Assembly: GCA_030324005.1 (NCBI GenBank) | Contig: JARDVH010000157.1 | Coordinates: forward strand, 9,971,071 to 10,035,070 | Direction: 5' to 3' | Source: Negaprion brevirostris | Taxonomy: Eukaryota | DNA: 64,000 nt | Part shown: one piece after another, positions 38,721 to 50,800 of the stretch | Numbering within the stretch: position 1 is the stretch's first letter | How the letters are laid out: each line of letters opens with the position of its first letter | Translations under genes and position numbers: made by a program | The notes under the pieces: generated by a model | Databases searched by the model: none | Told to the model about the DNA's origin: nothing | The model's input: the letters and a program-made list of their open reading frames with translations, nothing else

Positions 38721-40144
38721 GCTCTATCAAACAAATATTAAAACTTTAATATTTGGCATAAATGTACCACTGGAATAGATGGATGAGAGTTTCAGCAGAA
38801 GATGACCTGAGACAGGCAGAAACAGAGTCAAGAAATATTATGAAGATGAAAATAAGTGTCCTTTGTGATGACCTAGCTATGTGGTTGAAAGCTCATTTCT
38901 GGGTCAAATATGTTGCCAGGGTTGTGAATGGTCTGGTTCAATTTCAGACAGTTGCCAGGAATGGGTTTGATTTGGTGACCAGGGAGTGGAGTTTGTAGTC
39001 AAGACTAAAGACAATGGCTTCAGTTTTCCCAGCATTTAACAAACTGAAGGAAATTTCTGCTCATCCAGTGGATTCAGATAAAGAGTACTGGTGACTGAAA
39101 TCGTACCCCAGAAAAGTCACCTTCCTCACAAGCAGCAGGCTTACACAAAGACTGCATGTTTCTGTTTAGCAGTTTAAATATTTAAGTTGCATTGCTTACA
39201 ACATACCATAAGTGCATTTTCCTCTTGTTATGTGACCTTTTCTTATGTGTGTTATTTACAATGCACATTTGGCAGAAAAAGGCATAGGTTGGAAGAAATG
39301 AAAATTAGGCCAGTAACAATAAAATGTTTAAGATATAGTCATGTGCCTTACTTTCTTTCTCCACCAGAGTTGTCAAAGTATTGCAAATTGACAGATTACA
39401 AATGCTGCAATGTACACACCTTATAAAATGTGCCCCTTTTCTATAAATGCTCTGCTAGATTCTAGTTCCATGTGGAAGACAAAAGATCCTCAATGGGAAA
39501 TAACTAAACTCTCTAGAAGCTTGTGACATCACTGATTTGATTTTATTATTGTCACATGTATTAGTATACAGTGAAAAGTATTGTTTCTTGCCTGCTATAC
39601 AGATAAAGTATACTATGAATCTATAATAAATAATTTGAATAAAAACAGAAAGAGTATGAACTTTATTTTTAAAAAGTGGATGGATAGACATCTTATTCCT
39701 AGATCTATGACCCAGAGATTGGGCATTTTGTAGTGAAACTTGTATACACCCCTAGTCTCTGACCATACAGGACACATAATATTACCCATCTGTGACCACT
39801 GCCCCTGTTGGTCTTCGCCTTCCACCAGTTGTCATAAAAATCTGGTGCTGTAGATGTTGTCTATCAGCAGACTCTGGAATTCAACTTCATTTCTCTACCT
39901 TTTGGCAATCCAATGTGCTACTGAGATTTGAACATCTGAAGATAGAGTCTACAGATTGATAGTCAATTACATTTCTTACCAAGAGAAGTTGGACCAATAC
40001 TTTAAATACAATTTATATTTTTTAGCTTAAGCCTTTGTGTGACATCTTATGCTAATCTCCCTCCCTCAGGTAAAAGTAAAAAATAGTTAGATTCTAATGG
40101 TATATTTTCTCTTAACTCTTCAAATTGTTACACTGGTCACATTT

Positions 40145-40500
40145 TTCAAATTCATTTATGGGCTGTGTGCATCGCTGGCTGGATCAGCATTTATAGTCCA
40201 TCCCTAACTGCCTTCCATTTCAAAGGGCAGCTTAAGAGTCAACCACATTGCTGGGGAGTCACATGTGGGCTCACCAGGTAAGGATAAGATTTCCTTCCCT
40301 AAAAGGCATTAGTGAACCAGATGGGTTTTTGCCATGATCAACAATAGTTTCATGGTCATCAATAGATTTTTAATTCCAGGTTTTATTGAATTCAAATATC
40401 ACCATCTGCCTGGTTGCGATTCAAACCTGATTCCCAGCATGTTATCCTAGGTCTCTGGATCACTAGTCCAGTAACAATACCACTATGTCACCATTTCCCC
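40145..40500 (-). mobile_element. tRNA-derived SINE with a LINE-derived tail
   Basis: Head (minus) ggtgacatagtggtattgttactggactagtgatccagag...ggtttgaatc. The tail ttcatttatgggctgtgtgcatcgctggctgg..cagcatttat resembles the LINE ends at 10640 and 14170. Confidence 0.7.
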
Positions 40501-42999
40501 TTAATTCAACTCATCAAGTAAGCAAAGGTGGCTAAACATGACTACCTATTTCAGTCTTTTTACCGCTGTGTGTTTTCTGTTTTCACATTGATGCTCTTTA
40601 TGTCATGGGGCAAACCATGTTTCTCTCTTGCAGGCAAAGTAGAGCAATTCATAAGAAAGAAAGATCTCAAATGTGCCAAGCTGTATGCTAGCCTGTTGTT
40701 TCAATCCACATAGTATTGTATTGCATTGTTAGCTGGCTGTTTATTTTCAATGACGTAATGCAATTGACGTTTTAGATATGCACATATGATCTTAACCTCA
40801 TTACCTTATAATATTATCTGCAAGATGTACAAAATGTAATTTTCCCTTCTCTATCAATGGATAAATTGCTCCCTGGCATGTACTGTGTTAGCTGTACATG
40901 TCAAGTTCTTAGTATGCGCCATTGAAGTTAGTATCTTGGAGAGAGAGAGAAACAGAATTAACACTAAAAGTCAATGACCTTTAAACTACTTTTCAATTTT
41001 TTTTCTTTGGAAGTGCTTCCCAAAGCAGCCAATCCCAGTGAACTTCTTTGGAAGTTTGTCAGGCTGTACAGACCAAGAACATTCTAGGCTTGATGTCCAG
41101 TTTCCGCTGAGTTTCGTTGATCTCATCTCGGACAGGTAGCATGATGGTAGGGTGGGGATTCCAAAAATGAGCCTTGTTGCACCTGAATAAGGTGGGAAAA
41201 AATAGACCAGGGCTTCTGTTCCTTTCTGCTACCCAGTGCCCCCTTCTGGAAAATTGTATCAATGGATGTTGAGCAAGGCCGGGTTCAGTTTGGTTGTAAT
41301 GCCCGTCCCTTTTAGGTTGAACAGCTTGCCAACATTGTGCCAATGTTCACGCATGCATAAAAGGTCACTGTTACAGAAGATGACTGGCACCTTAATTGTA
41401 TGTCAGCAAGGACATGCTCAAAACAGAAGGGAAAAAATTCTCAAACTCCAATTATTCTTTGTAATCCCCTTAATCTATTTAGTAATCTTGCAGCGATGGA
41501 ATAAAAACAAGTTTGTTAATTACCTGCTGTCAATTATGGGAAATGCATGTGGCACATGAGACTCTTTACATCATTAGGTAGCAAGGTAGCCAGTTAAAAT
41601 TCTGTTGATCTACACTTTACTGCTGAATAAAGTCATACCAAAAACTGAAAATTTTGCATATTAATCACCATAAAAATTGCATCTGTGCTAATGTGAAAAT
41701 AAATTATTCATAAATTNNNNNNNNNNNNNNNNNNNNNNNNNNNNNNNNNNNNNNNNNNNNNNNNNNNNNNNNNNNNNNNNNNNNNNNNNNNNNNNNNNNN
41801 NNNNNNNNNNNNNNNNAATCACTGTAAGGCCTTTCACCTGTCATAATTGTGCAAATAAATAGAATTTCAAAAATATAAAATACTGGCAGTTAGCTGTACA
41901 GTAATAAAATGGATGATAAAGGCACATGTCGGAAATTGCTTTGGTGTGGCATGTATTGAACTTTGTTAACTACTGTGTGCTTAGTCTTTCAGCTTCTTTT
42001 GTACTCAACTGAACCTTTTGCTAGTGAGATAAGAACCAGTTTATTTCAAGGAGACACACCTTTGTTTTATCAGTATGCTAATTTTTCTGCCTGTTTAGTC
42101 ATAGTGTTCTGTTGGATCAACTTGACTTTCAAATTGAAGCTCCATCATGGTTCCTCAGTTATAAAGCATTGTTAAAGTGGGTTAAGTACAGTGTCAGGTA
42201 AAGTCTAAAGACACTCCAGCAGCCATTTTGCAACAGAGCGTGCAAAGTGGCAAAATCCTAATCTGTAAATAAATGCAGTTCTAAACGTAACATTTGTGAT
42301 ATAATAAAGTTAACTCTCTTAAATAAAAGATTAAATTTCCTAGTGTTTCATTTGAGCTGTCTGAATTCATCATTTTAAAATATTATAGAAAGCACAAAAT
42401 TACAGTGTCTATAGAGAATTTACAAACTTCTTCACAATCTCAGATAATAGGCTTTTGGAAAGAAGTCTATTACTCTCCAGTGGGTAGAATGCAAAGAGCT
42501 GGAAATTCATTAATTTATAAACTCCTCAGTGACCAAATGTATTTTTATTGTAATAAACTCTGTGTCATTTCCATACTTTTAAATTATTTTTAAATATGAG
42601 GTATTAAACGCCATCATATAAATCAAATTAAAAACTCACTTATTGTTTAACCAACATAAACATTATGAAAGTAAGTTCTTAACGTTCAGTATTTGATGTA
42701 TCATACATGCTATCAATGCCATCCGAAGACAGTCTGGACCTATTCTAACAGCACCAGTTAAAGATGTTTTATGACTAACTATCTTGAACTTTAAAATTTA
42801 TTTTTAAAAACCCATTTCTTTTTTTTTGGGTTTTTTAGTACTTGAGTGAGAACCTTAATGGTACAACTTTTTAAGGAACTAAAAATATTGTATTGAATTT
42901 TAACATTCATGGTATTAAATACTCTGTAGGTTTCCCCTGCCTGTTTTCTTGTTTTTCTGGTAACGTAGGCAAAGAGCCTGGAGTTCCTAAAATTGAGAA

Positions 43000-43260
43000 C
43001 CACTCTCACGAAATCGTGCGAGCATCACGCAAATGAGATTCTTTTTTGACCTATCATTGTGCTGAGAGACACACCTGTCAACGGCCAAAGGCAAAGCAGA
43101 TTGGTCTGAAGTAAAGAATGCACCTGCGCAGGGGAGGGGTGGGAGCTGCATGTAAGTAGAAACTCTCTCGACGTCCCCTGTCTCTTTGCTTCTTCAACTC
43201 ATTCGAGCAACATCACTTCAATTGCCTCCGCGTTTCTGTACGTGAAGTTGGAGAACAGAG
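43000..43260. promoter_or_regulatory. Candidate promoter/enhancer: local CpG cluster
   Basis: Many CpGs in otherwise CpG-depleted DNA. Contains the palindrome cacgaaatcgtg (~43007), ATTGG/CCAAT box (43100-43104), ctgcgcag (43124-43131), G-rich Sp/KLF-type ggggaggggtggg (43131-43143) and gacgtc (43170-43175). Confidence 0.4.
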
Positions 43261-44677
43261 GGTAGCTTTTGTTAAATTTTATTTTTAAATAGTTTTTGGT
43301 TTCTTTTTTATGAGTATTAAGTTGCAGAGAATTAACCTGCGAAGTTCTTCCTAATCAACAAGTGGAGCCATCAGACAACAAAGAGAATCCATCCTTGATG
43401 CAACGTGAAAGCCATGACTTGTGAAAGTTTTCAAATTTTGAAGCATTTGTGGAGTGAAAGGTTAAAAGTGCTTGCAGGCACAGAATTAAAGCACTCTGTT
43501 TGTTTCACCGTCCTGCTGACCTTGGTGTGCAGGTATATTGGTTAAACTAGAAGGGCAATTGTGAAGCAAAAATAATAATGGTAGAATAAATAGCTTCTTA
43601 TTCTTATTTTGGTGAACTGTTTGGTATTGTTGAGTACCATTTTGTAACTAAGAAAATAATGTAAGTGGTGTCAATCTCTTGTCAGAATCGGTTAGATGGA
43701 ATTGGCTGACATGAGAATTGAAACGTGTCTCTTTCAACCAGTTTAACCAGTTAGGGCAGGTAAAAGCATTTGCAGGTAGCGTGGACAAACCCAAGGATGG
43801 AGAGCTGAAAGGTAAAGCCTCATTTATCTAGCCTTTGAAGTCAGCAGCTTCGGGAATGGCTGCTTTGTAGAAGTTGCATATACTTAAAATGCTCTCCAAA
43901 GAAGAGTGGACAACTTTTTATCCACTCATTGTTTTTACACGGGTAGATGTATATAAGAAAAGGAAGACTACATTACTGAACATGTGGCTTAGCGTATAAA
44001 AAGCTGGATTAAGTGGGTCTTTTATTAAATTGAAACTTTTCCCTAATTTTCAATCATAACTTTTGGAGGACCATAGACTTTTTTTGGCAGAAATATTTAA
44101 TATTTAGCAATTTACCAGCAAGTTAAAAACATATTTTCAAGTCTAGTCTGTTTTCATCCTGTACGATTCATTTTCTGGAGTGTCTTGATTGAGGCCCTTT
44201 TCAAAGCTTGGCTTGTTCTTACTTGTTCTTTAGTATGAGATATAGTTTTAAAGTCTTCAGACAAAAGGGTACTACCTTTCTGTAAGCTAGTACCTTAACT
44301 AGACACAATATGGAGCTCAAATGTGCAATTTCTTTGTTCAACTTCAAGATTGGGAAGAGCATTTTTGTTTTCCCGATGCAAGCGTTCTCTTGGTTTCTTT
44401 ACCTAGCTAACTCAAACTGCTGAACTAAGATGAGTTTACTTAATGGGACTTAATTGTGAATATAGAGCATGTTATCACATTTCTAGCTACGTAAATTCTT
44501 TAAAAATTCTAAATTCTTTGATCTGTTTGTGGATAAGTAAGGAACATTTATCTCCATTTTACCTCAGTGAAAATTTTAACAGTGTTCCAGACAAGGTAGA
44601 GAAGCTTGTGCCTTGATCTCCGACAGAAATGGTTTAAAAAAGTGTATGTAGAAAGAGTTGATGTTTTATTTTACTAG

Positions 44678-44734
44678 TTAGTGGAGTTGTCTAAGGCCCA
44701 AGATATAGAAGCTGGTGACGGCACAACATCAGTT
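44678..44734 (+). CDS. CCT4: Partial internal coding exon of T-complex protein 1 subunit delta (TRiC/CCT chaperonin), truncated by an N gap
   Basis: The acceptor gttttattttactag| is followed by a phase-0 frame LVELSKAQDIEAGDGTTSV, containing the chaperonin ATP-binding GDGTTS motif. ELSKAQDIEA is the CCT4-type context (CCT5 has ELSKSQDDEI, CCT7 DIAKSQDAEV). As I recall it, human CCT4 exon 4 also starts at this Leu in phase 0. Confidence 0.9.
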
Positions 44735-44834
44735 NNNNNNNNNNNNNNNNNNNNNNNNNNNNNNNNNNNNNNNNNNNNNNNNNNNNNNNNNNNNNNNNNN
44801 NNNNNNNNNNNNNNNNNNNNNNNNNNNNNNNNNN
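44735..44834. other. 100-N assembly gap inside the CCT4 exon (one of many gaps)
   Basis: Runs of exactly 100 N also occur at 8513, 32322, 33449, 41717, 54032 and 61959. This size is a typical placeholder for gaps of unknown length. Confidence 0.9.
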
Positions 44835-47800
44835 TTAAGCTATTTACATTTCTATTTCCACATCAGCTATTTGTAAAATTTAGTTCCAAACGCAATTAAC
44901 TGATAATTCAAAGTTTTTTTTAAACAATGAAAGAATTAATTACCCAGCTATTTGAATTAAGCAACGTAAATACTAGTAAATTAGGCATTTGGTGCTGAAA
45001 ATTAAATTATCAGATTGTTTAAACTAAATGATTTTAGACTTCTAAGTCTTCTAAAACTCTGAGCAAGTTATGGTGCTGCTGAAGTTCAGTAGTAAAAAAG
45101 TATTTTGGATAGGCATGTAATTTAAAATAAATGAATCAGTTGTGGACACTTTAATCTTGATGCTTTTATATCAGTGCTCGCTATGTTGTAAATCAATAAA
45201 ATAGCTTAGCATGGTCTAAAGAATGGGTCCTTTTGTTCTAAAGTTAAATGAATATGTGCAGACGTAGTCCAGCGTTGCCCTCACTCGGCACTACGTGTAT
45301 AATTAGCGTAAGAAACAGATTATCTATATTTTAGGAAGCTACAATTTGGCTACCATCCCTCCTCCCCAAAAGATTAGGGGGTGCTGCCCATCTGCACCTG
45401 CTGAAGATAAAACAACTATATTGTTATTTACCTAAAGTGAGGTTAAAAAAACAGAGAAATCTGAAGTGGAGAAAGATAGTGACTAAAGTAAGAAATAAAA
45501 TTGATATGTTGGTGGTAAGGCAGAAGAAACCATTTTGTGTGGAGTTTTGTTTTTGCATGTCTTTGCTGTATATATATTATACAATAGAAAGATAGACCAG
45601 TGACATAGTCCTTTGGATTTTTAGCCTCTCCGTTCTGCTTTGCATGTTTCAAGTTAAACAAACAATATTATTTTTCATTAGTTTCTATCATACTGGTCTC
45701 CAGGATTTAATAACGGGACCAAATAGTACTAGAGTAGAATTACAGGTGAGATTCCAGTCGAAAAGTTCAAATATATTGGTCAGAAAAAGTACATAGATTT
45801 TTGTTTCCACAAGAACATTTTCCTTAATTTTTCATAGATTTTTGTGGATACCCAAGTGTTTCTGGACCTCACTAATGCAGCATAGTAAATTCATATTTGC
45901 GTAAAGTCATTTGAATGACTTCCTTAGTTTGCACATTAGGTATTGGTAGACATGTAAATTCTTTCCCTGTAATTTTTGTATTGTTTGTTAATATGTGTGG
46001 TGTAGAAGCAGCTCGATGTCTGCATGCCCAAAGTAGCAGTGCAACTTATTCAGTTGGGACAAAAAGAAAACAGGTCTTTTTTTGTCCCCATGGACTCCAG
46101 GTAACACTCTGGAGATCGAGCATTAGATAAGGTGTAGTGTTTCATCTGCCTTGTCCATTGCACAATCGCTAACCATTGATTAAGGTTCAGTCACAGTTAA
46201 CTAACAGGTCCGTCTCTTCAAATCAAAATTGCATTCCACGGTGAAGCTGGAGATCTTTGCTCATGGTGGTAGGATCATTTAAAACCTAGAATTTAGAACT
46301 ACCTAGACATTCTTGAATTTATTTGAATCTTGTCCAGGCGTTGGCAGAAAGGGGTGGGGAAAGCAAAGGTAATACCAGTGGCTAATTGCTAGTGTTAAAC
46401 AGAGGAGGAGTTGGGATATACTTCTTGTTTTCTACATGTCTTATTCATTGTTTCCTTTCTTTCCAAGGCCTGCACATTGGTAATAATGCTGATGATTAAC
46501 TAAATGAAGGCTGTAGCCAGGCAACCATTAGGTGGGTTTTATATTTCAAGGGTTCAAAATGACCAGAGAAGCCACATTATTCACGAGTCGGGGAAATTGA
46601 GGTTTTTTTCTTAGCACTCTTTGTGTTGCCTTTCACGACGGTAAGATTACAGGTGTTTTTTTCCTTCCCACGCAATCTTTCTCTGCTTCTCCTTTCCTGG
46701 CAGCTTTTTCTGCCTTCCTATCTCCCATGCTTGGAAATTTAGTTTGGTATTTGTGCACAAGGCTCTGTTTCTTTTATTGCTAACCTTTGTATTTGAGAAA
46801 CCAAAATTTAGTACATTCAAATCATTTGTAGAGAGAGCAATTTCAGAAGCAGCAAGTCATGTTCTTAAATAATTTCTCTTCATAACGTTTATTTTACAGA
46901 CAACTTGGTTTTAAGTTTTTATACTTTTTTTTACTTGGAAAACTATAACGCAAGTAGGTAAAATGATAAAAGGGCTGTGCGTACAGCTAACAAACTCTGC
47001 CTTGGTGTTTTATCATGTGGTGTGTATTTTTGAATTGTCACTGATAAAGCTGTGAACGTTCATTGCTAAATGATTAGTAAGTTCATACTTTCATTGTTTC
47101 AAAATTGAATGAGGCTTGAGGTTTTCTTTGAGTGGGCTAAGGCATTTTGTTTTTCAGTTTATTTTCTCAAAAGTCATTTTGCTTTTAGGATTTTTTTATC
47201 CTGTATAAATTGATGAATCATTCTCACACTTTTGCGTAGTTCAAGGGTTAACACAAATGGGAGGTACCCTTTGCCCTTTTATAGAACTTGGATTGTAATC
47301 AACTATCAAGTACAGAAAGTTCCGGCATGAAATATTCCCTACCATAATTGAGTTAAGTCAAGCTTAACATGGCCTCCAAAATGGAAACTTCACTATGTTT
47401 AAAAGCTAGACAAAGTCAGTTTTAATATAGATTGTAAAAGTGATTGTTTTTTTGCTTTGTAACTTTATTTTCAGCTAAAGTAATGAGGATCTTGTTAGTT
47501 GAAGAAGTTAATGCTATAATTGCGCAAGTGTATCCTTTGCCCTCTAATTCTTGTCTAACATAAACCCAGGCCACGTATAAAATGTACAGTAAATACTGTA
47601 GAAAATGCTGCAGAGAAAAGGCAGTCTTTACTCAACAAATATGAGGAACATCGAGTTACATTTAGTAGTTGCAATGGTAATAGAGGTGTCATTGAGTGAC
47701 CTTCCCAAAGTGGAGGTTGGGTAGGAGGAAGTTATCAGATTAATTTCTTAGTCTGCAATAAAATTAAATTGTTGGAATAACATTTTTGTGAGCACCAATT

Positions 47801-50800
47801 CTTTTTTAATTATGATTCTTAGGGGGAGAGCTTTATTTGCCATCTACTTCCTTCCATTTATGTTTTTTAATGGCAAATAAAAACTTGCCTACTGGAAGTT
47901 TCATTCCCAGCCATCACTTGCACTTTTAGCATTCACTGAGCTTGCACATTCTTTTAATTGTTCCTCTGTGATGCATCCTTGTTTTTTTGAATCACACAGC
48001 CAAATGTCTCTTGTTCACGTTTTCAAAAACACAGATACGTGTGTGTGTAATTTCCTCCTTCTTTATGGAACAGAGGATAAGTCCTCCTTTTTTCCAAAGT
48101 TCGTTTATTTGTGCGCATACCTTTGAAGAAAATTGGTACAGCAATTGTGAAGATTATATAATAATTTATATGTGTAATATTTAATGCAAANNNNNNNNNN
48201 NNNNNNNNNNNNNNNNNNNNNNNNNNGGCTTTGGATTGCAGCCATGTTCGCTACTTTCTGTATTTATTTTCCCCTTTACTGAACAAAACATTGCCAAAGT
48301 CTGGCCTTTAGCCGTAAGCTGTTGTGATTGCAAATGTTAGACCAGCTAGCAGAGAATGGGTGAATAAGAAGTTGGGCAGTATAAAATTAATATAGTTTAT
48401 TAGTTCTCAGCAATTTAATATAAAGCAATTGTATGTGTGTCTGTGAATGTTATCTATCCTGTGTTAAAAATGGCCAATTTTATTCCAATTTTTAAGTTAA
48501 TTGCAAGTGTTTAATATTGGCAGTCTGACAGGAATTAGGACTTTTTAGTGTAAACTTCATATTCTATTTTAATCATGAAAGTCCATAATTCGTATAGAAA
48601 AAATAAATGGGATGGTTTCACATCTCAACGCAAACTTAATTGTATATTTTTAAAAACTGTAGTTCAGGTTACATTTACAAAATATACCCACAGGGCACGT
48701 GTTCCAACTGTTCAGACAAGTTTTTTTTAAAAAAAATTCGATTAATTCAGTTCCAAACCTATTTTTGTGCAGAATGACCTACTCTTTTTGTTGTGACATT
48801 TCAAGACATTGGTGTACTTTATATTTAAGGTTAGCCTAGGGATAATATGTTGAAGACTATTTGTGTTGTATTGATTACTAGCTGGTACGATTAAACAAGA
48901 AATTTTAGCCATTCCCCTAGTGCAATTTTATTAACATTAACATTGTTTCTTAGGGTATTCAAATTTTAAAAAAAATTGAGGCAAGCATATGTCTAGGTAG
49001 CAAATATATTTACATGCCATTTTTAACATAAAACTTGAAAGTAGCAGATTAGTCAGAATAATGGATTAATGGATGTTATTGAAATATATGTATACAATCA
49101 CAATGTAAACGAGCTGGACATAATTTTTTTGTTATTATATCGATTGTATCATTTTTCCCATGTTCATTTCATGCGACATAGGGAAGTCAATTAAAGTTTG
49201 CAGTTAAACTAGACAGACGCTTTAGTTGCCTTTCAGGAAAAATTGTACATTTTTGTAATCTCAATTGAAAGCATTTTGCTTACTTTCAGATCGTGGTTGT
49301 CATTGCTATTTCCCCTCTGAATTTGAAAGATTTTGCCAAAGTAATGACACGTGCTTCATAAATGATTAAAATTGATACTGTGGGAAAAAATTCCTCTCCC
49401 AAAGAGTTACAACAATTTGATTTATTCATTTATTGATAAAATATGATTTTGTTTGGACATGGCAAGACAACAAATAGCAACCATTACAATAAAAGGAACA
49501 AAAAACTGTAAATCTTAAAAACATACAGTTACAAGTGCATGACTGGTCTGTCAGGATTTGTTAGCAGAATAGATCTTTCTCTGAGACTGAAAAATTAAAG
49601 GTAAAGAACGGCAATTCTTGAAGAATTACATGATTGTTGCATGTTATCNNNNNNNNNNTCCACAAACCCCCTTTTAAATTTTACTTTATGTGTAATGCTT
49701 TATTGTTTGAAGTTGTGCAAGTCAGAACCAGTAATGCTCTCATTTCCTGCCTGGTTAAGGTGTTGTAGATTGAAAGGTAGTCATTAGTATTGTCGTATTC
49801 AGAACACTGGAGGCCATTTTGCTTTTCCACACTTAGCTGCAATGTACAAAATGGTGGTATTAGCTCATAGCCCTAGCAAAGTAGACAGCAAGTGAAGTCA
49901 TTTTGTAGTCAGTTTTTCTTTACGTTTCAAGTTTAAAAAGCTTGTGACAAGGTGGCTTTGTAGGTTTTCTGTGGGTGGAAGTAGATGGTATTATATTTCA
50001 CTTGAGGTTTTGTTCTCGCTCTTTGTGAGTTGCTTTCATTGAACAGAAAACTAGTGATGTCACTTCTTTACATAATATAAATATCTGCCTACATGAATCA
50101 TATGCAGCTTCAGAGAAAGTCAAAACTTTGTTATAATTAGTTTAAGATATAGTTTTACATTGTAAACACAAGGCTGAAAGCCATTAATTATAATAGATAA
50201 TCTTGTATTAATTAATAAGGCTGTTAAATGGAGGCCCTGATTTTTACTTGTTTTGTGATAAACAGGGTAGAGGGGGAGGTATTGTAGTAATCTTCATTTC
50301 TAAAGAGTGTATCATCTACCAGAATTATATATTATCCATTTAAATTGGTAACATTATCTTTAAAAACTTCTTCAAGCTATTCAAGCCAGGGCAATAATGA
50401 AATTCAGAATAATAATTTCATGTTTCCAAATAGGAAATAATTTGAAATTTGCTTAATTGAAATAAGATATTTTTCTACACATTTAGCACCCTTGGATAGA
50501 ATTTGGTTTGACAGTGGACTTAAGTAGAAATGGGAGGTAATCAGTGAGATGCATTTTTACTTACTGATGAGTTACCTTGGATTAACTATGACAATGACTG
50601 CTGGGAAAACAACAATGAAAGATTTTTGGGGAGGTATTGTCATCTTACTGGGCAGCATTGGATGTAACTGGTATTCTAATACTGCCTGGTAATGATGATG
50701 ATGGCTTTCTGATTTCATCGGAGAAGAATTCAGTGCAAGCAGAAGAATGAAAATTTCTCCTTACAGGCTTGAGCAGTACAGGGTAATTACAGAGCAACCA

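Noticed and set aside
42708-42742. gctatcaatgccatccgaagacagtctggacct, loosely like CCT4 exon 2 (ADAIRTSLGP)
   Set aside because: Needs indels to match, has no splice sites, and lacks the following KGMDKM. Probably chance.
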